A stretch of 64,000 bases of DNA, from assembly GCA_964019335.1 (NCBI GenBank), contig OZ025748.1, positions 248,001 to 312,000 of the forward strand, read 5' to 3'. The stretch's first letter is position 1; every line of letters begins with the position of its first letter. This stretch comes from Diplonema japonicum. Lineage: Eukaryota; Protista; Euglenozoa: Diplonemea. This document shows, piece after piece, positions 44,330 through 55,926 of the stretch. Position numbers and translations under genes: made by a program. The notes beneath the pieces were generated by a model that saw only the letters and a list, made by a program, of their open reading frames with translations, was not told where the DNA came from and ran no database searches.

Positions 44330-47300
44330 ATGAATCGAGTAGCTGTGTCCATGGTGGCCATTATGGCAACCTTGCCGCCCACCCAAGCGGCCAGTCCGGG
44401 GAACTGTCCCAACGTGCAGTTTAGTTCAAGTGGAGCAGACACCTTGACATGTGATTATTTGAACAAATGCCCGAACTGCAACATGAACTGCAATGCGAAC
44501 CAGAAATGCACCACAAAGTGTACCGCTGACAGGGCATGCGAGAGAGCGACTCTGAACTGCCCTGACGGGAAGGATTGTGTTGTGAAGTGCGAATGGGACA
44601 ACGCATGCACCGATATGACAGTGAACTGCCCGACAACGGGAAAATGTTTGATCACCTGCGCCAACCAATGGGCATGCAAGGGTATGAAAATCCGGCAACG
44701 CGGCGGCGGGGGCCAGCTGGACCTGAAGTGCAACGGACACAACTCTTGCACCAACGCCAACGTTGTGTGCCCGACAAGCGGGGCGAAGTGCACAATAGGT
44801 TGCCCCGAGCAGAACTCGTGCAGCACCATGACTGTGACAGCAGCGGGGACGTCCCCCCTCGACATGGATTGCAAAAGCACCCGTGCGTGCTTCAAGAGCA
44901 CCATCACCTGCCCCGCCTCGGCCGACTGCAACGTACAGTGTGAAAGTCCTGAGAACTCCTGCCTCCAAATGAAGGTCAAGCCAGAGAAGAAGCAGCCTTC
45001 AAACACCCCGCAGACAGGCACCGTCACCGTTACCTGCAAGAACAACAACGACTGCCGCTTCGCGAAGCTCGACTGCGGCTACGCGGCCAGCTGCAAGATG
45101 ACGTGCACCGGGAACTACGCCTGCGAGGAGGTCGAGATGAAGTGCACCAACTCCGGGACATGCATCCAGAGATGCTCGTATCACAAGTCTTGCAGCAGAG
45201 TAAAGGTGTTGCATTCCTATGGCGCTGCCACCGGTGGTGAGACACGCCTTCTATGCGAGACTGAATCGGCATGCGAAACATCTCAACTGACCTGCAAGGC
45301 CAACAGGGAATGCAACAGAAAGTGCCGTGGCCACCGTGGATGCTTCGATTCTACTTTCGACTGTTCCCAGTCTGGGGTCGAACGGTGCTCGCAGGACTGC
45401 CGCGGGGGCGAATGGGTCTGCCAGACGACCATGAAGTGCCCCTCCGAACCTTACAAATGCGAGTCGACCTGTGTCGGCGACAACGCCTGCAAGGGGTCCC
45501 TCACAGGGCACGCCTACCCGACGTACTGCCAGCAAACAGGGTCCAAACCTCCTTGTGACAACGGCTACCAGAATGCAGCTGATAAGACCACGGAGGCACC
45601 CACCCCGTCACCGGGCACTGATGCCCCGCCCACAGCGGTGCCTACCACACCACAACCTGCTACATCTTCCCCTGTCACCTCCTCTGTTCCCACGCCAGCG
45701 CCAGCAATTTCCGTTCCTGCAACAGGTGTGCCTATAACAAATGCTCCCCTGACCGGAGTTCCAGCCACCAGCGTGCCAGAAACAGCTTTTCCTGCCTCAC
45801 AACCACCTGTCACCTTTGGCAAACCCTACTTTTGTTCCTGTGACACTATCACCAACAGATGCACCGGCCACGAACCCTCCGATGACCTTCCAGCCTGCTG
45901 TGGGTGGCACAGCGACACCGAAGACGTTTGCTCCTGTCACAGGTGCAGCGGACACAAGTGCACCTGACACAGATGCTGCAGTTACGCCCGCTCCGCCTTC
46001 TGGAAAGGCGCTGACGGGGAGTGCGAAGGACAAGGTGAACGGGGCGACGTCTGTGTCTTCAGGAACTGCGTTGCTGTCCGGGGCAGGTGCCGGTGCGATA
46101 GCGAGAGTTGCTGTCTTGAAGGACCTGGGCTGCGAGGTGGAGGACGTGGACATCGACGAGGACGAGACTCTGGACTGGGAGTTCCACCCTACAGGGCTGG
46201 GCGTCGGGAACTCGCCACGGAAGTACCTGTTCGGTGCGGTTGTGATGAACCCTGTGCTCATCCTGGGGATCCTCACCTTGCTGGCGGGCCTCGCCGCTTG
46301 CCTAAAATTCTGCAAGGGGTTGCCGACCTGGGGGGCGGCGCTTGGCGCTGTGAAGGCTCCCGGTTTGATCTTCATCCCGTTCCTGTTCCTGGTGCAGGGG
46401 ACGTCTTTGATCTCGGCACGTGTGGCGTTCTTCCCCGGGAACGGGTTGGGAACCTTCGAGGTCGGGCTGGCGTGGGTCGTGCTTATCATATGCATCACGT
46501 CTCCGGGGGTGCTGTACGCAGGGGTGCTGCGGAGGGTGCACACGGAGGCCTGCATGATCCCCGACGCAAGGCTGCACCCCGACGACCCACTGGTGAAGAG
46601 GCTGTGTGCGACAAGCGGTGCACCGAAGGTAAATGCCTACACAGGTGTCACGGCGGTGTTGTACAAGCTGGCCTTCGGGGACAGGATCTGGGTGTCGAGC
46701 GACGCGGGGAGCTTCTTCGCAGACATGTATGGAGGCGCCTTCGACTCGTTCAAGCCCGGGGCGGTGGTGTGGTTCCCCTGTCTGGAGATCATGGTGATGG
46801 TCATCCTGTCGATGCTGGCGGCATGGAGGCCGACGAAGGGGATGGCGTGCGATACGAGGAATATCTTCATCTGCTGCTTGTTCGCAGGGTTCTTCTTCAC
46901 CATCGTTATAAAACGCCCGTACCTGTCGGTGTTCGACAACTTTGTGGCGGTCCTGCTGTCCTTCTGCATGTTCCTGTCGGTTCTGCTGATGACGACGGGG
47001 CTGTGGATGCAGCTGCATTCGGAGTCCTTCCCGTTCCTGTCCTCTGCTTACATCCTGCTCTCCACCGCTTACATTGTCCTCTTCAAGGCGGTCTGGGATA
47101 TGGTCGTCTACTTCATTGACATCTACATAGGCCGCCGCCAGTCGGCAAGAACTCTTGCAAGGGAATCTGCTAACTCATCGAACCACAGCATACCGGAGAT
47201 GAGCATGGAGATTATGATTTACGTGACACTCCCTAACAGGGTGCCTGATCAGATTGAGATATTGGACCCTATATCCGATACGGTGAGCCTTCATACCAGC

Positions 47301-47354
47301 AGTTCGTATACCTCCATTGGTTTCAACGAGAAGAATGGTCAGTTCAGGATTTGA
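44330..47354 (+). CDS. Cys-rich surface protein with Thr/Pro stalk and multi-TM C-terminus; one +1 frameshift at ~45815-45817
   Basis: Signal peptide MNRVAVSMVAIMATL; repeated C-x5-C-x6-C units; TxAP stalk continues across the frame change (PPVT/LANPTFVPVT); about seven hydrophobic helices in the second frame. Confidence 0.8.
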
Positions 47355-47636
47355 AGAGGGGGTAACAACAGTTTTTTTTTCTTCCTTCCCCCTTCAGTGG
47401 GGGGAGTTGCATATGAAAACACGAAAAGAAAAAGCAGAATACAAAAAAAAAAGAGGGGGGAAAGAAGAGTAAGGAGGAAAAGAAATTGGAAAGCCATCTC
47501 TTTTTTTTTGAAAACTTCCCTAAATTTCTTGCTTTGTCCCCCCCCCCCCCCTTTATTTCATCCCCAGAATATTCGCTCGCCCTTCTCCCCCTTCTTTTTT
47601 TCTCAGGCGTCCTGCCACGTAGGTACCCTTAAAAAC

Positions 47637-49793
47637 TTTTTTGTTTTACTGCTGCCACACCCTTTATTGAAGGATTTCCTTAGTAGTCAAATGAGGACGA
47701 TGTCTGTTGTGATGCTTGCCCTGCTTGCGGGGTCCGCGCAGGGTCTGTCTGTGGAGTACGTGAACGCGAACGCGAGGACGATGTTCAAGGCCTTCAAGAC
47801 GGACTACAGCAAGGTGTACACCTCTGTTGTGGAGGAGGAGAGGAGGTTCGCGATCTTCTCGGAGAACCTGATGAAGGCGGCGAGGTACGAGATGGAGCAG
47901 ACGCACGGGGCCACCTTCGGGGTGAACGCCTTCTCCGACCTCTCGGCCGAGGAGTTCAAGGGGCGCCACAACCTGAGGGTCCCGAAGAAGACTGGTCCTC
48001 CTGCTGCCCCTGTTTCTGTGACGGGTCCCACTGAGGTTGATTGGAGGACGAAGGGTGCTGTTACCCATGTGAAGAACCAGGCTCAGTGTGGAAGGTGTTT
48101 AAAAAAACGAATAAATAAATAAATAAATAAAAATAAACAAAAAAAAATAATTCTTTTTTTTTCATTTTTTTTTTCACAGCTGCTGGGCCTTCTCTACAAC
48201 TGGAGGGATCGAGGGTCAGTGGTTCCTTTCAGGTCAGACCCTGACCTCGCTGTCTGAACAGGAGCTTGTGTCGTGCGACAAGAACGACGACGGGTGCAAC
48301 GGGGGTCTCATGGACAACGCCTTCAAGTGGCTTCTGTCTGCGCACAGCGGTCAGGTGGTGACGGAGGCCTCGTACCCTTACACCTCGGGTGGCGGGAACA
48401 GCGGGTCGTGCCAAGAGGTGTCTGGGAAGGCGGTGGGGGCCACCATAAAGGGCTACAAGGACATCGCGCACGACGAGACCTCGATGGCGACCTTCGTCGG
48501 TGTCAGCGGTCCCCTCTCCATCGCTGTGGACGCGCAGAAGTGGCAGACCTACACCGGTGGGGTCCTCTCCAACTGCTGCGGGATCTTCGGGTGCCAGCTG
48601 GACCACGGCGTCCTCATCGTCGGCTACGCCCCCGAGTACTGGATCATCAAGAACTCCTGGGGTCCCAGCTGGGGCGAGAACGGCTACATCCGCGTCAAGA
48701 GGGGCGACAACGAGTGCGGCCTCAACGAGTCCCCTTGCTCCTCGGAGATCTGAGATGGGTGAACTTGAAAGAGTGGTTTTTTAAGAGAAAACAAAAATTG
48801 TTAAACTCTTAATTCAATCCGTGTACTCCTTTCCCCCCCTACCTACTATTTTTTCTTTTCCATTTTCTTTTTTTTTTTCTCTTTCTCTCTTTGATCTTTC
48901 CTGTTTGAAATGCTTCTAACAAGTAAAACGTGGTGGCTGCAGCACAGCTTCCGTCCGAATCTCATTAATTTAAAAACAAGAGTGCTTCCTTTGTTACATG
49001 TTTGTGTCCCTTTTTTTCCTCTTTATTTATTCGTTTTCCTTGTGTTCCCCGCTGTATCTACCACACACAGGACCAGGCTGGGCTTGAGCTGCACACCGCA
49101 CGCATCAAGGTCACGACGCAGAACGCAGAAGAAGCTACAGCGTCAACAGACCCGCAAACCCGATGTGCACATCCAACAGAAATGGTCCAGCAAGATGCTG
49201 GGAAGAAGTCTTTTTTAAAAGTTGTTTTACCACCACCCCCCCCGCAGGAGCCACTAAGGACCTGGCTCTTCCATAGCCTTGTCCACAGAGCAAATGCGGA
49301 GACCGTGGTCGGGAGAAGTACGGACACTAGTAGGAGCCATTGAAGGGTGCCTCTCGCCTGAAGAGGTCAGCACCTGGAGGAGTCGCTCTGAAAAGGAAAC
49401 GCGTTTCCTTAAGTATCTGAAAAATAAGGAATCGGAAACGTTTCCCCGTTTCTTGCCAGCATAGCCTGGGGGGGGGGGGGGGGGTGATTCGGTTCACAAC
49501 CAAAAAAAAGGAAAACATAAAGCTGTCGTTGCTACCAAGCGGGTGCTGCATGGCAGGTCTGGGAATCCTTTCTAAGGTTCCTGTATGACACAGCAATGCA
49601 ACGAGGTAACCCTACTTTGGTTTAAAATGTCTTGACCGGGCTGCGAGAATTTTAAAAAAAAAAAAAAAAAAAAAAAGCAAAAAAAAAAAACCACGTAACA
49701 AAAAAATAACAAAATTCAAAAAAAAATCAACCCATCCAACAACACGAAAACCCAGATACACACCCCCCCATCCCAAATGAGTAGTGTAGAACT
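47637..49793 (+). repeat. ~2.2-kb direct repeat, copy 2
   Basis: Near-identical to 41835-44031; runs into the intact galM start. Confidence 0.95.
47691..48753 (+). CDS. Cathepsin L-like cysteine peptidase (C1A), copy 2; exons 47691-48094, 48180-48753
   Basis: Same protein and intron as copy 1; no differences seen by eye. Confidence 0.95.
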
Positions 49794-51001
49794 GAAGGAA
49801 GTGGTGCTGCAGCTGAACGGAAACGAAGAGAACGCCAGCGAAATAATCCTAGAAAACGAAAATGGAATGCGTGCCGTTATACTCTCATACGGTGCGGCAC
49901 TATGCGAGGTTCAGGTGGAGAACGTCGCGGGGAAGAAGCTGGATGTCACGCTCGGCTTCGACAAGCCTGAAGACTACACCAGACAGGACAACCCCTTCTT
50001 CGGCTCCACCGTAGGCAGGGTCGCGGGCAGAATCCAAAACGGAAGATTCCGCATCCCGGGCCGATCAGAAGAGGTCATTCTATCCCCCTGCGACGCTCCA
50101 TTCATCAACAAGACAGCAAACCTCCACGGAGGGCCCGACGGCTTCAACAAACGAAACTGGACAGTCTCAGGACACTCAGCAGACAATGGGTCCGCAGCTG
50201 TCGCACTGGCACTAACAAGCCCGAACCTTGACCAAGGCTTCCCTGGCCAGCTGACCGCTACTGTAACATACACTCTAACACCTGAAAACGATTTGGAAAT
50301 TTGCTTCGATGCGAATTCCACAGAAGACACCGTTTGCAGCATGACAAACCACGCTTATTGGAACCTTGCAGGGCACGATAAACCAGAAAGCATGAAGGAC
50401 CATGAAGTTAAAATTTTCAGCACGAAATATCTGCCCACCAAAGCGGGCATCTACACAGGTGAAGTCCGTGATGTACTGAAGGGCTCCGTGCACGATCTGA
50501 CAGAGGGGAAACGCTTTGAAGAAGCGGCGCAAGGAATGTTGAAGGAAGACCCCGAGTTCCCCCACGGTGATGCGTACATAGCACAACACACTGATAAGGT
50601 TTGCCGCCCCGTTGCTTCCCTCTTCAGCCCTTCTTCTGGTATTCAAATGACCGTCAGCACCACGGAGCCTGTTATACAAACGTACTATGCTTCTATCCTT
50701 GATGTTAAGGATGGGAAGGGCAAGATGGACTACCCGCCTTACTCGGCTATGTGTATCGAGCCGCAGGGCTATGCGGACTCCGTGAGCGACCCACTTCCAT
50801 CCGACCCTGTGCGTGCGGCCTTTTGCGAAAAGTTCGGACATACTTTGCTGTTGAAGAAAGGGGAGGCGTACAAGCACAAAACGGTCTGGCCTTTTCTTTT
50901 TATTTTTTTAATTTTTTTATTTTTTTTTATGGAGAGGGAGGGAAAAAAAAACTTTTTGTCAGGTATACTCGTTTGCTATAGTCGAACCAAGCAGTCCCTG
51001 A
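49777..51001 (+). CDS. GALM: Aldose 1-epimerase (galactose mutarotase); exons 49777-50883, 50963-51001
   Basis: FFGSTVGRVAGRI, NLHGGPDGF, DQGFPG, MTNHAYWNL, MCIEPQ; removing a 79-nt intron restores the typical end YKHKT|VYSF. Confidence 0.92.
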
Positions 51002-51225
51002 CTGAAATAAAAAATAAAAAAGAGGGGGGGGGGGAATAGTGTGGGAGGGAAGACAAAAAAGAAGAGAAAAAGAATACGGTGGGGGGGGGGGGGGGGGGGG
51101 TACTCTCTAACACGTAAGAACAAAAAGGGACGTTATTATTTTCTTTTTTGCTTTTGTTTTGCTCGCCACGGTTGTTACATTTTTCCCTCCTCCCCTTCCA
51201 CATTCAAGAAGAAAAAAAAAAAGAA

Positions 51226-51257
<32 letters not shown>

Positions 51258-51328
51258 AAAAAAAACAGGTATCTAAACCCTTCCCCTTCTCCTGTCTCCC
51301 TTTCTTTCAACAAAAAACAAAAACAAAA

Positions 51329-51910
51329 ATGGGAGCCGACATGTCAACGATGATCATCACGTGCAACAAGAAGGCATACCTCGATGCACCTGCTTCGTGG
51401 GCCTACGCGCAGATGAGCGACGCGCGGGTGTGGTTCGCTGCCTACTCGGAGCACGACGACAGCCCTGTGGTGAACCTGCACGGCCCGACCATCAAAGCAG
51501 GGTGTGAGTTCGATGCGGTGAAGAAGGTGAAGGTTCAGCAGCAGAAGACGAGCGGGAACTACAGAACAACGTGGATGGAGATGAGGGATGTTTCGGTGGA
51601 GCTGAAGCTGGAAGAGGCAACACCGGACTCCTACGTGAAGTTCTGGGGGAAGGAAACCTGGGTCGACTCGAACAGCAAGGTGGGCGACCCTTATGTTCTT
51701 GAGTTCAGGATCAACCCCTTGTCCCCAAGCACGTGCGAAGTCGAGGCCACTATGACATTTTCCAACTCCAGTGCCTGCCTCATCCCGTGCGTCCTGCTCT
51801 GCGGGAGTTGCATCAAAAACGCCGCTCAGGGGAAGATGGGCGGGGCTCAGATCAAATTGAAGAAGATCCTTGACGGTAAGATGAAAAAGGGAGGTCAGGG
51901 CATGCGCTAG
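51329..51910 (+). CDS. SRPBCC/START-like hypothetical protein, copy 2
   Basis: Paralog of 40061-40642 with 3 amino-acid differences (D>N, I>T, S>N). Confidence 0.75.
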   Translation: MGADMSTMIITCNKKAYLDAPASWAYAQMSDARVWFAAYSEHDDSPVVNLHGPTIKAGCEFDAVKKVKVQQQKTSGNYRTTWMEMRDVSVELKLEEATPDSYVKFWGKETWVDSNSKVGDPYVLEFRINPLSPSTCEVEATMTFSNSSACLIPCVLLCGSCIKNAAQGKMGGAQIKLKKILDGKMKKGGQGMR

Positions 51911-53504
51911 AAAAAAAAAAAAGGAAAAAAAAAAAAAAAAAAAAAAAGCAAAAAAAAAAAATCGTGGTGAGATAATAAGGGGCGTCTTATAAAGACCTGC
52001 TTTTAACTCATAAATATTTTTTTTTTTTTGTGGTTTTTTTTTTTTCTTTTTTTTTTTTTCTTTTTTTTGTGGTTTTTTTTTTTTTTTTTTTGCCAACGTT
52101 TTTATTAAATAATTCACTTCACTGGAAAAAAAAAAGAAGAAAAAAAAAGAAGAAGAGGAGAAAAAAAAAAAGTCTTTTTTTTTTCCTCCCACGAGCTAAT
52201 GGAGAAAACCATTGGTTCACACCTATCGCCCACTTGAAAGGCTCACTGGCGGCAGGCCGACACTCGTTGACGCCATGGGGTCTTCTTCTGTGTGGGCATC
52301 AACCGAACAGATCAGAATTCACCCTTCCCCTCCAAAGAAAAGAAAAAGAAGAGAATAACAGAAATTCTAGCCCAGTTTGTTGTGTGAGTGAGGCCTACCC
52401 CCACAATATTCTCACAACGAAAAAAGAAAAAAGAAAAATATCAGATTATTCGAAAGTTATATTTGAAAAAAAAAAAAAAAAAAAAAAGCCTTTATTTCCC
52501 TGTAATCCACTTACCGGTGATAAAAAAAGAAAACTTGAAATGAGGGAGAAATCACTGCAAAATGCAAAAAAACTTTTTTTTCCTTACTTTAAAAAATCCA
52601 TGAATGTACCCCCCCCCCCCCCCCCCCCCCGGAAGGTGAATAAGGAGAGAAAGCACAGTAAAGGGTGTTCCTTCTTTCTCACTTTTTTTTTCCCTTTCCT
52701 TTCCCAGTGGGGTATATGGTACACACACTTTTTTGTTTTTGTCTTCCCCCCCACTTTACCTAACATTCTTACCTACTCATGTAGAGGGATGTAGCTTGAC
52801 TTTCTTTTCTTTTTTCTCCCCCCCCTCCCCCTCCCTCCCATCCGCTTTTATTTCCTTTTGTTTTTTGGTGAAGTTAAACACACGAAGCAGAGAAGGAGAC
52901 AAGCATCATGCTGTGTAGAAATGGGTTAGGCAAGTGTCCTCTCCCCATACCTACCTACATGGCGCATGCAGTGTGCTAAAAATCACCCTCCCCAAGAGGA
53001 AAACGTTACTGTTTTTTTTTTTCTTTTTTTTTCTTTTTTTTTTTTATCTTTCTAATCCAAATGCAACAACACGGGCGAAAAAAGAGAGGAAAAAAAAAAA
53101 AAAAAAGGAAAAGAAAAAAAGGTGAGGGAGAAATGACAACCTGAAGCTTAAATACTTCATATGGAACCTATGGTGTTCTTGTTTTTTTTTTTGTTTTTTT
53201 TTCCCTCCTTCATTCTGCCACTGGACACAGCGTTACATGCTGAGATCCAGTGCCTTACCCCTACTATGGGAGGGGTGTTGAATAATGGAGTAGTGTCTGA
53301 AATGTATGCGTGACCACCGTTTTTTTTTTCTGTTTTTTTTCTTCTGTTTTTTTTTTTTTCCTTCACACATTTAAATTTTATGAACATTTATTTCCCTTGA
53401 AAGAGAAAAAAAAACAGCATGTTTTCGTGATGTCATATAATTCGCTTTTATTTCTTTTTTTTTTTTTTTTTGTTTTTTGTGAAGAAACACAACATTTCCC
53501 CTCC

Positions 53505-53537
<33 letters not shown>

Positions 53538-53835
53538 TTTCTCTCCTTTTTTTTTTCTTAGCCCTTTTTATTTACTTTTTTCTTATTCTTCCGCCAACCC
53601 AACCAACCCACAGAAAGCTAAAGCCTACAGCGACATGTGTGCCTCGTGCGTGATACCTGCTTGTCCCCGAAATCCCCCTTGGTACCAACAAGAACACGGG
53701 CTGGAGAAGAAGTACTTCACCAAACCAAGAAGTTAGTCGCCCTGTCTGTCTCCACAAAGTTCCGGTCTCCTTAACCCCTATGTGTAAAGATCACTTTAAG
53801 ACAGGGCAACATAACAAAAGAAAAAATAAAAAAAA

Positions 53836-55926
53836 ATGAACGATATGACAGTGTTCGTGAAGATGGGAGGCGGGGTTCACGATGTGGAAGTGTCGGGGAA
53901 GGAGACGGTGGGGATCCTGTACAAGAAGGCGGGGTGTGCTGCTGGTTTACTCGAAGGCAAGTTCGAACTGGTTTGGGAGGGCGAGGTCCTGGACAGGAAC
54001 GGGGGTGAAGATATCCAGGAACTCGGGCTCGTGGAGGGCAGCGTGGTCCATGTGGAGGCGAAGATGAGAACCGTTCAGCTGGAGGAGCTTGAGAGCTCAG
54101 AAGTGGTTTCAGAGCTTGAGGAGCTTGTGAGAGCTGACCCTGAGCTGGTTCTGGTGGTGGAGGTGGGGAACTCGCCAGCTGTCGAAGTCTTGTCCATGAA
54201 GAAGACGGTCCTTCCTTCCGGACTTCGGTTCCTCGTTGTCACCGACTCCACAGGCTGTGTTACAAGGATAGGCTCTGAATTTCTTGAAGAGTGCGACCAC
54301 CTGACGTCTGTTGATCTCATCCTCCCCAATGTTTCCACCATTGATGATTTCTTTTTATATGAGTGCAAAAAGCTAGAAACCATCAACTTGAATGCGATGA
54401 CCAATCTTTCTTCTATTGGTGATTACTTCTTGTCTGGGTGCGTAAAACTAGAAACCATCAACTTGAATGCGATGACCAATCTTTCTTCTATTGGTGATTA
54501 CTTCTTGTATGGGTGCGTAAAACTAGAAACCATCAACTTGAATGCGTTGACCAATCTTTCTTCCATTGGTCATAACTTCTTGGAGAAGTGCAAAAAACTA
54601 GAAACCATCAACTTGAATGCGATGACCAATCTTTCTTCTATTGGTGATGGCTTCTTGTTTGGGTGCGAAAAACTAGAAACCATCAACTTGAATGCGATGA
54701 CCAATCTTTCTTCCATTGGTCATAACTTCTTGGAGAAGTGCAAAAAACTAGAAACCATCAACTTGAATGCGATGACCAATCTTTCTTCCATTGGTGATGG
54801 CTTCTTGTTTGGGTGCGAAAAACTAGAAACCATCAACTTGAATGCGATGACCAATCTTTCTTCCATTGGTCATAACTTCTTGTATGGGTGCGAAAAACTA
54901 GAAACCATCGACTTGAATGCGATGACCAATCTTTCTTCTATTAGTGATAGCTTCTTGTCTGGGTGCGTAAAACTAGAAACCATCAACTTGAATGCGTTGA
55001 CCAATCTTTCTTCTATTGGTGATAGCTTCTTGGAAGGGTGCAAAAAACTAGAAACCATCAACTTGAATGCGATGACCAATCTTTCTTCTATTGGTGATCG
55101 CTTCTTGGAAGGGTGCGAAAAACTAGAAACCATCGACTTGAATGCGATGACCAATCTTTCTTCCATTGGTCATTGCTTCTTGTCTGGGTGCAAAAAACTA
55201 GAAACCATCAACTTGAATGCGATGACCAATCTTTCTTCTATTGGTGATTACTTCTTGTATGGGTGCGTAAAACTAGAAACCATCAACTTGAATGCGATGA
55301 CCAATCTTTCTTCCATTGGTCATAACTTCTTGTATGGGTGCGAAAAACTAGAAACCATCGACTTGAATGCGATGACCAATCTTTCTTCTATTAGTGATAG
55401 CTTCTTGTCTGGGTGCGAAAAACTAGAAACCATCGACTTGAATGCGTTGACCAATCTTTCTTCTATTGGTGATAGCTTCTTGTTTAGGTGCAAAAAACTA
55501 GAACCCATCGACTTGAATGCGATGACCAATCTTTCTTCTATTGGTGATAGCTTCTTGGAAGGGTGCAAAAAACTAGAAACCATCAACTTGAATGCGATGA
55601 CCAATCTTTCTTCCATTGGTGATCGCTTCTTGTTTGGGTGCAAAAAACTAGAAACCATCGACTTGAATGCGATGACCAATCTTTCTTCCATTGGTCATTG
55701 CTTCTTGTCTGGGTGCAAAAAACTAGAAACCATCAACTTGAATGCGATGACCAATCTTTCTTCTATTGGTGATCGCTTCTTGTTTGGGTGCGAAAAACTA
55801 GAAACCATCGACTTGAATACGTTGACCAATCTTTCTTCCATTGGTGATAGCTTCTTGTCTGGGTGCGTAAAACTAGAAACTGTCGACTTGAATTTAAAAA
55901 GAAAAAAAAGAAAAGTCGGTGTTTAG
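53836..55926 (+). CDS. Ubiquitin-like N-terminal domain plus BspA/TpLRR-type LRR protein
   Basis: MTVFVK..VEVSGKETVGIL...FELVWEGEVL...LGLVEGSVVHV (beta-grasp pattern); ~21 25-aa repeats KLETINLNAMTNLSSIGxxFLxxC. Confidence 0.88.
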   Translation: MNDMTVFVKMGGGVHDVEVSGKETVGILYKKAGCAAGLLEGKFELVWEGEVLDRNGGEDIQELGLVEGSVVHVEAKMRTVQLEELESSEVVSELEELVRADPELVLVVEVGNSPAVEVLSMKKTVLPSGLRFLVVTDSTGCVTRIGSEFLEECDHLTSVDLILPNVSTIDDFFLYECKKLETINLNAMTNLSSIGDYFLSGCVKLETINLNAMTNLSSIGDYFLYGCVKLETINLNALTNLSSIGHNFLEKCKKLETINLNAMTNLSSIGDGFLFGCEKLETINLNAMTNLSSIGHNFLEKCKKLETINLNAMTNLSSIGDGFLFGCEKLETINLNAMTNLSSIGHNFLYGCEKLETIDLNAMTNLSSISDSFLSGCVKLETINLNALTNLSSIGDSFLEGCKKLETINLNAMTNLSSIGDRFLEGCEKLETIDLNAMTNLSSIGHCFLSGCKKLETINLNAMTNLSSIGDYFLYGCVKLETINLNAMTNLSSIGHNFLYGCEKLETIDLNAMTNLSSISDSFLSGCEKLETIDLNALTNLSSIGDSFLFRCKKLEPIDLNAMTNLSSIGDSFLEGCKKLETINLNAMTNLSSIGDRFLFGCKKLETIDLNAMTNLSSIGHCFLSGCKKLETINLNAMTNLSSIGDRFLFGCEKLETIDLNTLTNLSSIGDSFLSGCVKLETVDLNLKRKKRKVGV
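54340..55893 (+). repeat. 75-bp coding tandem repeat, ~21 units
   Basis: Unit AAACTAGAAACCATC(A/G)ACTTGAATGCG(A/T)TGACCAATCTTTCTTC(T/C)ATT plus a variable segment. Confidence 0.95.

Noticed and set aside
54340-55893. CRISPR-like pattern of constant repeat plus variable spacer
   Set aside because: The period is exactly 75 bp, in frame within an LRR gene, and the variable parts are homologous to each other; no cas genes.
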